Source: Candidatus Spyradenecus sp. (GTDB taxonomy: Bacteria > Verrucomicrobiota > Verrucomicrobiia > Opitutales > UBA953). Taken from it: 64,000 bases of DNA. The stretch is from the NCBI GenBank assembly GCA_045535075.1, contig JAZSKX010000017.1, positions 64,001-128,000 of the forward strand, written 5' to 3'. A program made the translations under genes and the position numbers. Below the pieces are notes generated by a model. That model was given only the letters and a program-made list of their open reading frames with translations, ran no database searches and was not told where the DNA came from. Shown one piece after another: positions 30,446 through 39,588 of this stretch. How positions within the stretch are numbered: position 1 is the stretch's first letter; the number at the start of each line of letters is the position of its first letter.

Positions 30446-33187
30446 ATGAAAAAATCCGCTCTCTCCGGGATCTCCGTATTCACACTTTTCGCTGCCGCTA
30501 CACTCTGCGCAGAGGAAACCGACACAAGCACCGCGCCGGAATTGGGCGGCGCGACGTCTGCAGCGGTTAGAGCCTTAATTCATATCATCGGGGACGCAGT
30601 GAAGATTGAGGCAAAGCTCATAAAGATTCTGATTAATGCTACGGACGGCGTTGACGAGGAAGTTCTGATTTACGGGCATAATAATGAGGAGCAAAAAGGC
30701 GACGGGATTACTTTTACGGATGGAGGAGGATACTCGGGAGATGACATTGTTACCGGCTATCATATTAAAGACCTTTATCCGGAGGCATCGAATAGCGGAC
30801 AAATCGACGTAAAAGGAATTGAAGTCTATTCGCCGTATTCCGGGAAAGAGGCGGTTTGCGGGATTTACCACGAACAAGCCGGGAACGGTGCAAGACAAGG
30901 GCTTGGCAAGATCGCAGTCTCGGAAAAGGTGGACGTTTCGTATTTCGAAGACAACGCAAGCGTCGCCGGGATTTGGCAAAAAGGCTCAGACACAAGCGAA
31001 CCGCCGTATTTTTACGAGAGCGTGAAATTAAACGGCGTTAATATTTCGGCAACGGGAAGCGGCGCAACGGCTTACGGAATTGTTCAGGACGGGAACGCGC
31101 ACATAGACAAGAACCTTGAGCTTCACGGAAGCGTTTCAAGCTCACGCGGGAACGCGTTCGGTGTTAAGGGCGGCGTTTACGGTGGAAACATCTTGGCGGA
31201 CCTGACCGTCTCGGCGGGCGAAAGCGGAGTCGCCGCCGGAATTTATTTAGCCAAAACCGCGGGAAGCATCGACGGTTCAATCGACGCAGACGGAAACAGG
31301 ATAATGAATTCTGACGGGAGCGTCAAAAAAGCAAAGCTCACCGTAACATCTAACACAGCCTCGGTCGGCATCCTCTTGGGCGGGGAAAGCACATTCGACT
31401 CAGACGGGAACGTAACCGGCGAAACCAAAGGCGGGAACGTTTCCGGCGCACTCGCGAATTACGATATTTCGGTGGAGAGCAAATCTCAGAATCCGGAAAA
31501 CATGGCGATTGGCGTTTACATGCACAACGGCGCTTCGGTCGACTCGATGAGCGATTTGAAGATTTCCGCCATTTCTTACTACGGTCCCGCCGCCGGATTC
31601 GTTTACGACAACACGGGAACGGAAACAATGTCCGCAGGGACAACGATAAGCCGTTTGGATATTACGGCGGAAACGTTTACCTCCGTGTTTGAAGAGTCCG
31701 ACTGCGGACGCACCGCCGGGATTCTCATCGGAAAAGATGTCGATTTTAAAGTCGATGATTCGTCAATCACCGTCACGCCGGGGAACGGGCGGGACAGTTA
31801 CGGTTTGGCTTACGGGAAGAACGTTTCCGGCGATGCGGAAAACGGCGGGAGCGCAGACGACGGCGGGGTCGGGATCTTCAATCACACAAACAAAGATTCG
31901 TCCGGCTTGGAGATTACGAATTCGCAAATTGTCGCTTACGCCTGTAACACGGCTACGAAAGATGCGAATGCTTACGGGCTTTTTGTAGGCTATGACAAGA
32001 CTTACGATTACGAAGGAAATGAATTTACGGCGATTAGCCCGAGCGCGAACGCTTACGGGCTGTATGCTGCGGGAGCCGCCAAGGTGAGCAATCTTACAAC
32101 GCTCACGGCGAAAGATTCTTACAACGCCTACGGCGTCTATTTGTTCAATGCGGCGGAAGTGGACGCTACAAGCCTGAAGAAAGTCGTAGCACACTCAAAC
32201 TCTGTCGGCGGGAGCGCATACGGTATTTTTGTCGATAATAGCGCGAATGGAGAATTCAGCAATTTCACGGGAGATGTCGACGTTCTTTCATTTTGCGGAA
32301 CGGCTTACGGTGCGTATGTCAACGGCTTGTCGGAGTGGGATTTGAGTTCTGCGACAATCAAGGTTAAGAGAACGGAAAGCGCTGCCGATTTTGAGAGCGT
32401 CAAAAACGAGAATAATATCGGGAGCACGGATAGCTCCGACGAAAGCGGAACTGCCTACGGCGTGTATGTAACGAGAGAGGCGAGCGTCTCCGTGAAAAAC
32501 GTAAGCGTTTCCGGAACCGGGAACCTCGTCGGAATTTGGGCGGGAACGGGAACGTCCGTTTCGCTGGCAGACGGCGCGACAATTGACGCAACGGGAGGCG
32601 ACGCGCTTGCGTCCGACGGCGATATGACGATCGCTTCGCTCGGCTCGGCGCAACTTGCGGGGAATGCTTCAGTCGCGGGAACGCTTCATTTCACACAGGG
32701 CGAGTTTTTGCTCAACGCGGGAACGATTGCCGCCGAAACGTGGAAAATCGGAAGCGAGGATGCAAACGGAATCGTAACGACGGCAAAAGTTGAGCTTGCG
32801 GGAAACACCGTATTTGAAGGGAACGAGCTGACGTTCTACATCAAAAAACCGGAGACGCGTGCAATGCAGGATGCCGTGATTTCCGTCGCCGAAGCCACAA
32901 CGTTTACCGCCGAAGCCGCAACGTTTACCGCCTTGGCGACAACGATTAACGTCGTTCTCGATCACAACGGCGAATACGGTGTCGGCGACGTGATTACGCT
33001 TATCGGTGGAAACTACGATTTGGGGAATGTGTCGGACGTCGTTGTCCGGGGAAGTGATTTGGGTTACACCTACGGGAACGTCGCGGGCGGCTGGGGCATT
33101 ACGTTTATTCCGGAGCCGTCGGCATTCGGCTTGCTTGCGGGCTTGGGCATGCTCACGCTTGCCGCTTCGCGCCGCCGCCGAAAGTAA
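30446..33187 (+). CDS. PEP-CTERM surface protein, 913 aa, with beta-helix-like AYG-x-Y repeats
   Basis: Signal peptide MKKSALSG...TLCA; repeated A(Y/F)G(I/L/V)(Y/F); C-terminus IPEPSAFGLLAGLGMLTLAASRRRRK. Confidence 0.88.
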   Translation: MKKSALSGISVFTLFAAATLCAEETDTSTAPELGGATSAAVRALIHIIGDAVKIEAKLIKILINATDGVDEEVLIYGHNNEEQKGDGITFTDGGGYSGDDIVTGYHIKDLYPEASNSGQIDVKGIEVYSPYSGKEAVCGIYHEQAGNGARQGLGKIAVSEKVDVSYFEDNASVAGIWQKGSDTSEPPYFYESVKLNGVNISATGSGATAYGIVQDGNAHIDKNLELHGSVSSSRGNAFGVKGGVYGGNILADLTVSAGESGVAAGIYLAKTAGSIDGSIDADGNRIMNSDGSVKKAKLTVTSNTASVGILLGGESTFDSDGNVTGETKGGNVSGALANYDISVESKSQNPENMAIGVYMHNGASVDSMSDLKISAISYYGPAAGFVYDNTGTETMSAGTTISRLDITAETFTSVFEESDCGRTAGILIGKDVDFKVDDSSITVTPGNGRDSYGLAYGKNVSGDAENGGSADDGGVGIFNHTNKDSSGLEITNSQIVAYACNTATKDANAYGLFVGYDKTYDYEGNEFTAISPSANAYGLYAAGAAKVSNLTTLTAKDSYNAYGVYLFNAAEVDATSLKKVVAHSNSVGGSAYGIFVDNSANGEFSNFTGDVDVLSFCGTAYGAYVNGLSEWDLSSATIKVKRTESAADFESVKNENNIGSTDSSDESGTAYGVYVTREASVSVKNVSVSGTGNLVGIWAGTGTSVSLADGATIDATGGDALASDGDMTIASLGSAQLAGNASVAGTLHFTQGEFLLNAGTIAAETWKIGSEDANGIVTTAKVELAGNTVFEGNELTFYIKKPETRAMQDAVISVAEATTFTAEAATFTALATTINVVLDHNGEYGVGDVITLIGGNYDLGNVSDVVVRGSDLGYTYGNVAGGWGITFIPEPSAFGLLAGLGMLTLAASRRRRK
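32887..32932 (+). repeat. 21-bp in-frame tandem repeat (2.2 copies)
   Basis: CGCCGAAGCCACAACGTTTAC CGCCGAAGCCGCAACGTTTAC CGCC, one mismatch; encodes AEATTFT-AEAATFT. Confidence 0.85.
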
Positions 33188-33199
33188 TTTCTCAAACGC

Positions 33200-33233
33200 G
33201 TTCCCGCAGTTAATTTTTCATAATTGCGGGAAC
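33200..33233. terminator. Hairpin from an inverted motif pair after the PEP-CTERM gene
   Basis: GTTCCCGCAGTTA...TAATTGCGGGAAC; no clear U-tract. Confidence 0.6.
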
Positions 33234-33271
33234 TTCAGAATCGTGGCATCGTTTTCGGAAATTTTTACGCT

Positions 33272-33724
33272 ATGAAAATCAGCATCGGCAGCGATCACGC
33301 AGGTTTTGAACTTAAACAGGAACTCGCCGAATACCTTCGTTCCCGCGGGCACGAGGTTACGGATTACGGAGCCGCCTCAAAAGCATCCGTGGATTACCCG
33401 CTTTTTGCGCATTCGGTTGCGCAGGATGTCGCTTGCGGGAACGCGGATTTCGGAGTCTTAGTTTGTTGGACCGGCGTCGGAATTTCCATTGCGGCAAACA
33501 AAGTTCCCGGCGTGCGCGCAGTGAATTGCTTCAACGTCGAAATGGCAAAGCTTTGCCGCCAACACAACAACGGGAACGTCATCGCCTTCGGACAAAAATT
33601 CATCGCGCCCGGCTACGCAAAAGACATGCTTGACGTATTTCTCAGCACCGAATTTGAGGGCGGGCGCCACGCACGCCGCGTCGGACAACTCGAAGACATG
33701 AACGCCTGTGCCGTAAAAGATTAA
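33272..33724 (+). CDS. rpiB: Ribose-5-phosphate isomerase B
   Basis: MKISIGSDHAG, SVDYP, CWTGVG, ANKVPGVRA, HNNGN, FEGGRHARRV. Confidence 0.95.
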   Translation: MKISIGSDHAGFELKQELAEYLRSRGHEVTDYGAASKASVDYPLFAHSVAQDVACGNADFGVLVCWTGVGISIAANKVPGVRAVNCFNVEMAKLCRQHNNGNVIAFGQKFIAPGYAKDMLDVFLSTEFEGGRHARRVGQLEDMNACAVKD

Positions 33725-33787
33725 GCAAAGGGAAAAGGAGCTTTCCTCAAACTTTCTTCGTTAGTAATTTTTCACTATTTTCAAACC

Positions 33788-35035
33788 ATGATTAATTCCA
33801 CTCCGCTTGAACAAATCGATCCGGAACTTGCCGGATACATCAACGGCGAGCTCTCCCGCCAGCAATCGCACATTGAGCTGATTGCCTCCGAAAACTTTAC
33901 GCTTCCCGCCGTCATGCAGGCGCAAGGGAGCATTCTCACGAACAAATACGCCGAAGGCTATCCGAACAAACGCTGGTACGGCGGTTGCGAATGGGTCGAC
34001 AAAGTCGAGCAGCTCGCCATCGATCGCGCCAAACAGCTTTTCGGAGCCGAGCACGCCAACGTTCAGCCGCATTCCGGTTCGCAGACGAATATGGCGGTTT
34101 ACTTCGCAGCTCTGAAGCCCGGCGACAAAATTTTGACGATGAATCTCGCGCACGGCGGGCACCTGACGCACGGCGCTCCCGTGAATTTCTCCGGAAAGCT
34201 TTACGAAGTCGTCCATTACGGCGTCGGCGAAGACGGTTATATTAACTACGATGAAATCGCCGAAATGGCGGCGCGGGAAAAGCCGAAGCTGATTACGGTC
34301 GGTGCATCGGCGTACGCACGCATCATTGATTTCAAACGCATGGCGGACATTGCGCATTCCAACGGCGCGCTCTTGCTCGCCGATATCGCACACATCGCCG
34401 GGCTCGTCGCAGGCGGCGCGCATCCGTCGCCGGTCGGACACGCTGATTTCGTCACGACGACGACTCACAAGACACTTCGCGGACCACGCGGCGGCTTGAT
34501 TCTCTGCAACGCAGAATGGGCAAAAGCAATTGATGCCGCTGTGTTCCCGGGAATGCAGGGCGGACCGCTCGAACACATCATTGCCGCAAAAGCAGTTTGC
34601 TTCGGCGAAGCGCTTAAGCCGGAGTTCAAAGCCTACGCGCAACAAATCGTCTCGAACTGCAAAGTCCTTGCGGCGGATTTGATGGCTGCCGGATTCAAAC
34701 TCGTTTCCGGCGGAACGGACAATCACCTTTGCCTCATCGACCTGCGCGGAAGCCATCCGGATGTTTCCGGAAAAGACGCTCAACTCGCGCTCGATGCCGC
34801 CAACATCACGACGAACAAGAATACCGTTCCCGGCGAAACACGCTCACCGTTCCAAGCAAGCGGCATTCGCCTCGGCACGGCGGCTTGCACGTCGCGCGGA
34901 ATGCGCGAACCCGAAATGAAGCTCATCGCCAAGGCGATTACGCTTGTTATTAACAACATTCACGACGAAAGCAAGATTGCCGAAGCCCGCGAAATCGCAC
35001 GCACGCTTTGCCAGAAATTCCCGCTTCCGTATTAA
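33788..35035 (+). CDS. glyA: Serine hydroxymethyltransferase
   Basis: [37 protein letters not shown]. Confidence 0.97.
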   Translation: MINSTPLEQIDPELAGYINGELSRQQSHIELIASENFTLPAVMQAQGSILTNKYAEGYPNKRWYGGCEWVDKVEQLAIDRAKQLFGAEHANVQPHSGSQTNMAVYFAALKPGDKILTMNLAHGGHLTHGAPVNFSGKLYEVVHYGVGEDGYINYDEIAEMAAREKPKLITVGASAYARIIDFKRMADIAHSNGALLLADIAHIAGLVAGGAHPSPVGHADFVTTTTHKTLRGPRGGLILCNAEWAKAIDAAVFPGMQGGPLEHIIAAKAVCFGEALKPEFKAYAQQIVSNCKVLAADLMAAGFKLVSGGTDNHLCLIDLRGSHPDVSGKDAQLALDAANITTNKNTVPGETRSPFQASGIRLGTAACTSRGMREPEMKLIAKAITLVINNIHDESKIAEAREIARTLCQKFPLPY

Positions 35036-35042
35036 AATTCGT

Positions 35043-35090
35043 CGCGGGAACGCTTCTGCACAAAAATTTGTTTGCCAAAGCGTTCCCGCG
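35043..35090. repeat. Inverted motif pair between glyA and the pilin-like gene
   Basis: CGCGGGAACGCTT...AAGCGTTCCCGCG, 13-bp perfect arms. Confidence 0.8.
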
Positions 35091-35150
35091 GTGCATTATT
35101 TCCTACAATTATCACAAACCCATTTAACCCCATTAACTCAGCAAAAGCTT

Positions 35151-35864
35151 ATGAAAAAATCCCAGAATAACCGCAAAGGTTTTACTCTCATTGAACTCCT
35201 GACCGTTATTGCAATTATCGGTATTCTTGCGGCACTCGCCGTCCCGACAATCGGCATCGGTATGGACAAGGTTCGTCAGCTCGTCGCCAGCAACAACCTC
35301 AGCCAAATCGCCAAGTGCTATACCGCTTACATGCAGGAAGGCACAAACGGTCGCACAATCAAGAACACGGGCGACGAACCGGAAAAAGGCACTGCCTCGA
35401 CGGTCGCCGGTGTCGCTGAAATTCTCGCGCGCCGAGCCGGTTTGGTCGACGCGGAAGTTTGGTACATCGCTTCCGACGACAATATCACCGACACGATCCC
35501 GAAGACCGTTCTTGAAGAAGGCGACGACGGAGCCAACCAACTCCGCGAAGTAAAGCCGATTTCCTGGGCAGTTGTCGTCAACACGAAGAAAAACCCGAAA
35601 GCCGGCAAATCCGCTTATCCGATCGCATGGCTCCGCGGGCTCCAAACCTCCGGCGAATGGGATGAAAACGCGCCTTTCGGAAAAGGCACGGGCTTCGTTG
35701 CGTTCGCAGACGGTTCCGTTCGCAAATATGCCAACCTTCTGAACGAAGAAGATCAATTCCGCTCGGCAGACGGAAAACGCGACTCCGAAAACTATTTGGA
35801 CGCAATCGGAGCCAACGGCTCGAACTCCGGTCTCGTTCCGACGGTTCTCGAAGACACGATTTAA
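35151..35864 (+). CDS. Type IV prepilin-like protein (N-terminal cleavage/methylation; H-X9-DG-like)
   Basis: RKG|FTLIELLTVIAIIGILAALAVP; SNNLSQIA; GFVAFADGSV. Confidence 0.88.
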   Translation: MKKSQNNRKGFTLIELLTVIAIIGILAALAVPTIGIGMDKVRQLVASNNLSQIAKCYTAYMQEGTNGRTIKNTGDEPEKGTASTVAGVAEILARRAGLVDAEVWYIASDDNITDTIPKTVLEEGDDGANQLREVKPISWAVVVNTKKNPKAGKSAYPIAWLRGLQTSGEWDENAPFGKGTGFVAFADGSVRKYANLLNEEDQFRSADGKRDSENYLDAIGANGSNSGLVPTVLEDTI

Positions 35865-35886
35865 TCGCAATCGTCATTTACCGAAG

Positions 35887-35920
35887 ACGTTCCCGCAAAA
35901 TTCTGCGGGAACGTTTTTTT
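35887..35920 (+). terminator. Terminator formed by an inverted motif pair
   Basis: ACGTTCCCGCA-aaattc-TGCGGGAACGT followed by a T-run. Confidence 0.88.
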
Positions 35921-36172
35921 GTCGCCGGATCAATCGAAAGCAAGTTCTTTTCCCCTTGCCAAACGAACGTTTTTCTCCGAACTCCAACGCGATACTCGTT
36001 CCGCTCATTTTTCCTTAAAGCAAAAATTCGGGCCTGAAAAAATCGTTGCGCCGGAGCGTTCACAGGCGAATCGGAGAAATTAAATTCTCCGGAACGGGAA
36101 ATATTTACAGACAAAAAAACCGGGCAAATCGGAAGGGAAATCAACCCGACCTGCCCGGCTTTATAAATCCGT

Positions 36173-36763
36173 TTATTTGTTAAGCGTTTCTTCCTCGTTA
36201 AAACGCTTAGACCGCGGATGGTTGTAGCCAAACAGCGGAATAATGTTGATAAACAGGTAGAAAAACACGCCGATAACAATCCCGCAGTCTGCGATATTAA
36301 ACGCCGGCCAGCGCCCGTAAATCGGGAGATGAACGTCGAGAAAATCGATAACGTGATTGTGCCAAAGGCGATCGAAAAGATTTCCCGCAATTCCGCCGGC
36401 AAGCAATCCGAGCGCGATTTGCGACGGCAGGCGCTCCAGCTCCAAGTGGCGACGGAAAAAGAAAATACCGGCGAGCGCGGCAAATGCAAAAAGGCTCAAA
36501 AGAACCTGATGTCCCGCGAAAAGGCTCCACGCCGCGCCGGGATTGTCGATGTGCACGAGATAGAAAAAATTATCAATAATGCAGATCGGCTCAAAATTCG
36601 CGTTGTAGCCGTATTCCCCGGGCAGCGAATAAGTCGGCTGCCCCGGCTCCCACGGAATCAGAGCAATAACAAGCCATTTCGTAATTTGGTCGAAAAGAAA
36701 TACGGCTATCGCGAGACGCCAAAAAACAGTGTATTTCCGCCAGCGGTTAAATCTCAGTTTCAT
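36173..36763 (-). CDS. lspA: Lipoprotein signal peptidase II
   Basis: DQITK, NPGAAWS, GIAGNLFDRL, VIDFL, WPAFNIADC. Confidence 0.95.
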   Translation of the reverse strand: MKLRFNRWRKYTVFWRLAIAVFLFDQITKWLVIALIPWEPGQPTYSLPGEYGYNANFEPICIIDNFFYLVHIDNPGAAWSLFAGHQVLLSLFAFAALAGIFFFRRHLELERLPSQIALGLLAGGIAGNLFDRLWHNHVIDFLDVHLPIYGRWPAFNIADCGIVIGVFFYLFINIIPLFGYNHPRSKRFNEEETLNK

Positions 36764-37836
36764 TAGGGTTCTTCGTGCTCTTCCGGAAGGGAAATCGGCG
36801 AGTCATTTTCGATATCGATAACCTCCGAAATATCACCGGTTGTATTTGCCTGGCGGCGGCGAGCTTCCGCCCGACGCTGTTTTTCCGCCTCGATTTTTCC
36901 TTCGAGCGAATAGCGCGTAAAAGGAACTTTATTAAGACGTTCCGCGGGAATCGGCTTTCCCGTAATCTCGCAAATTCCGTAAGTACCTTTTTTCATGCGT
37001 TCGACGGCGATGGAAATCTCGGCGAGTTCCTCCTGCTCGGCGCTCAGGCGGCTAATCGCGAAATCACGGTCAAACGCTTCGTTGTCAATATCCGCCGTGT
37101 GCTGGCTGTATGCGGAAACATCGCCTGTTTCTTCCTTCCCTTCTTTGCGGAACGCGCTCTCGGAATGGCGGGAAATATTTGTCTGCAATTCGGTCTTCCG
37201 AGCCATCAGCTTGCGGTAATATTTGAGCCATTTTTCGGGAATCATTTTTTCCTCCTGCGAAACCGCATCCTTGGCAAACGGATTGAAGCCGAAAAGCTCG
37301 TCGAGCGAAACCGCACCGATCGTACGCTTTTCTTTACTTTTCGGAAGCGTATTAAGAATAATACGCTTTGCCTCCGTTTTCTTTACGGGAACGATATCTG
37401 CGTTCGGGTTGAAAATATTGATGTTCGTGACTCCGCGTTGAAAAAGCAATTGTTCCAACTCGAACGGATTGTACGCACGAGCGCGGGAACGAAGCGAACG
37501 CGACGCATTCATCGCCTTGACATCACGCGGGACGGAGATTCCGGCATTCACGCTCACGGGAGCCGGCGGCGTTTTTGCCTTACGCCCGCGTTTGGCGGGA
37601 GCAATCAAAGAACGCTTCACCGTTTCCTTCACCGGCGCAAGCTCCGCCGCCGGAGAAGATTTCTTCCCGGATTTCACGGGAACGGATTTTTTCTCATTCG
37701 CTTTTTTCGCCGGAACCGACTTCGCCGCTACACTTTTTTTTGTAGCCACGGGCTTTTTCGATGCGGCGGATTTTGCCGAAGCCTTAGCGGCGGAACGTGC
37801 AGGGGCTTGTTTTTTAGAAGTTTTTTTGACACTCAT
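36763..37836 (-). CDS. DksA/TraR-family protein with Lys/Ala-rich histone-H1-like N-terminal extension
   Basis: C-terminal coiled coil with QHTAD tip and GTYGICEITGKPIPAERLNKVPFTRYS; N-terminus rich in AKK/SKK/PAKK. Confidence 0.82.
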   Translation of the reverse strand: MSVKKTSKKQAPARSAAKASAKSAASKKPVATKKSVAAKSVPAKKANEKKSVPVKSGKKSSPAAELAPVKETVKRSLIAPAKRGRKAKTPPAPVSVNAGISVPRDVKAMNASRSLRSRARAYNPFELEQLLFQRGVTNINIFNPNADIVPVKKTEAKRIILNTLPKSKEKRTIGAVSLDELFGFNPFAKDAVSQEEKMIPEKWLKYYRKLMARKTELQTNISRHSESAFRKEGKEETGDVSAYSQHTADIDNEAFDRDFAISRLSAEQEELAEISIAVERMKKGTYGICEITGKPIPAERLNKVPFTRYSLEGKIEAEKQRRAEARRRQANTTGDISEVIDIENDSPISLPEEHEEP

Positions 37837-37949
37837 AATGCGGGATGTCGATAGATTCTAAGAAATGTACGTTGCAGGAAGCATGTTGATTTCCGTGAAC
37901 TAGTCAACGGAACTTCGCACGGAATCAATGAATTTTCTGCGGGAACGCT

Positions 37950-39326
37950 CTATTTCAAAAGCGAGACCGTGAAAATCACGATAATTCCGAGCGGCGCGAC
38001 ATATCGCAAAAGGAAAATGTAAGTCCGGAAAAAGCGAATGGCGATCGCGTCATTGTTGCTGAGTTGAGCACGGACGAATTTGCGATCCAAATACCATCCC
38101 GTAAACCACGAAACAAAAAGCCCGCCAAGCGGCATCATCCAAGTTGCCGTAATCGTATCGAGCCAATCGAAAAAGGATTTCCCCGCGAACACGAGCGACG
38201 AACCGTTCCCGAGGGAACTTGCCGCAAAATAGCCGGCAACAAGCGTAAACGCGGAAGTCAAAATTACCGCCTTAACCCGAGAAACATTAAATTCCTCATG
38301 TAAAAACGCCGTCGCAATCTCATACATCGAAATCGCGGAAGTAATCGTCGCCAAAATTAACAAAAGGAAAAACAGAACCGCCCAAAGCTGACCGAGCGGA
38401 AGCGCTTGGAAAAGCTGCGGAAGCGTTTCGAAAATCAGCCCCGGCCCGCCGTTTTTCAGCGCTTCGGTAATCTGCGCAGAGTTCGTTCCCGCGACCGCAA
38501 ACGCAGTCGAAAAAATCGTAACCCCGGAAAGAATCGCCATCAGCGTATCAACCGCCGCGAGCTGACCGGCAGTCTTTCCCAAGCGCACGTCCGAACCGAA
38601 ATACGACGCGTAAGTAATCAGGCAGCCCATCCCGAGCGAAAGCGAGAAAAACGCCTGCCCCAGCGCAGAAACAAAAACCTGCGGAGTAACATGCGAAATA
38701 TCCGGACGGAAAAGATAAAGCAAGCCCTCCGACGCATTCGGAAGCGTAACCGCTCGCACGCACATCACAATCAAAATGACAAACAACAACGGCATCATCA
38801 GCTTGCTCGCAAATTCAATGCCTTTTTTGACACCGAATCCGACAATCACCGCCGTACCGATAACGGAAACTCCCAACCAAAAAGTTTGCCGCCAAGGGCT
38901 GTTTGCCAAATCCGCAAAAATAGCGCTAAACGCCGCCGGCTCCGAAACACTCGAAAGCTTCCCCGTCAACGCAAGTACGAAATAATCAAACGTCCATCCC
39001 GCGACAACCATGTAAAAGCTCAAAATGAGCATGACCGCGACGACCGCAAAAATTCCGAAATAATGAAACGGTTTGCCCGGCGCAAGATTCCGATACGCGC
39101 CCGCCGGATTCGCCTTCCCCGCGCGCCCGACGATAAATTCCGCCAAGACCAACGGGATCCCGAAAAAGAGAACGCAGGCAAGATAAATAAAAACAAAAAT
39201 CGCGCCGCCGCCGTTCGCCGTCTCGCTCGGGAAACGCCAAACGTTTCCAAGCCCGACCGCCGAACCGGCCGTCGCCGCAAGAATTCCTAATTTTGTCCCG
39301 AAGGTAACACGTTTCGATACACTCAT
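37950..39326 (-). CDS. Sodium-dependent transporter, NSS/SNF family
   Basis: AGSAVGLGNVWRFP, NGGGAIF, GQAFFSLSLG, GPGLIF. Confidence 0.93.
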   Translation of the reverse strand: MSVSKRVTFGTKLGILAATAGSAVGLGNVWRFPSETANGGGAIFVFIYLACVLFFGIPLVLAEFIVGRAGKANPAGAYRNLAPGKPFHYFGIFAVVAVMLILSFYMVVAGWTFDYFVLALTGKLSSVSEPAAFSAIFADLANSPWRQTFWLGVSVIGTAVIVGFGVKKGIEFASKLMMPLLFVILIVMCVRAVTLPNASEGLLYLFRPDISHVTPQVFVSALGQAFFSLSLGMGCLITYASYFGSDVRLGKTAGQLAAVDTLMAILSGVTIFSTAFAVAGTNSAQITEALKNGGPGLIFETLPQLFQALPLGQLWAVLFFLLLILATITSAISMYEIATAFLHEEFNVSRVKAVILTSAFTLVAGYFAASSLGNGSSLVFAGKSFFDWLDTITATWMMPLGGLFVSWFTGWYLDRKFVRAQLSNNDAIAIRFFRTYIFLLRYVAPLGIIVIFTVSLLK

Positions 39327-39467
39327 CTCAAAATTTTCTCATGTTAAAGCGTCGCGTTAAAGCCCAAAACCAAAATAAAACGCCGACGCGTTCCCGTGAT
39401 TCTTAACCCCGAATTTAAACCGCCCCCGCGCGCACAAAACACGCCCTAAAACAGGCGCAAAAGTCGC

Positions 39468-39494
39468 TTGACAAATTTTAGGGGGGGGTAGAAT
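39468..39494 (+). promoter_or_regulatory. sigma70-type promoter with G8 homopolymer spacer (candidate phase-variable)
   Basis: TTGACA-AATTTTA-GGGGGGGG-TAGAAT, 15-bp spacer. Confidence 0.8.
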
Positions 39495-39588
39495 GACATT
39501 TCTTTAAAAATAGGAATTGTGTTCAACTTAACAGCCTTTCCTATTCTTTTCGAAAACCTATAAATCCAAACAACAACTACATAAAAAA

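Noticed and set aside
35921..36172. Possible small RNA between the pilin-like gene and lspA
   Set aside because: Only the lspA terminator-like hairpin (about 36113-36160) is evident; no recognisable ncRNA signature.
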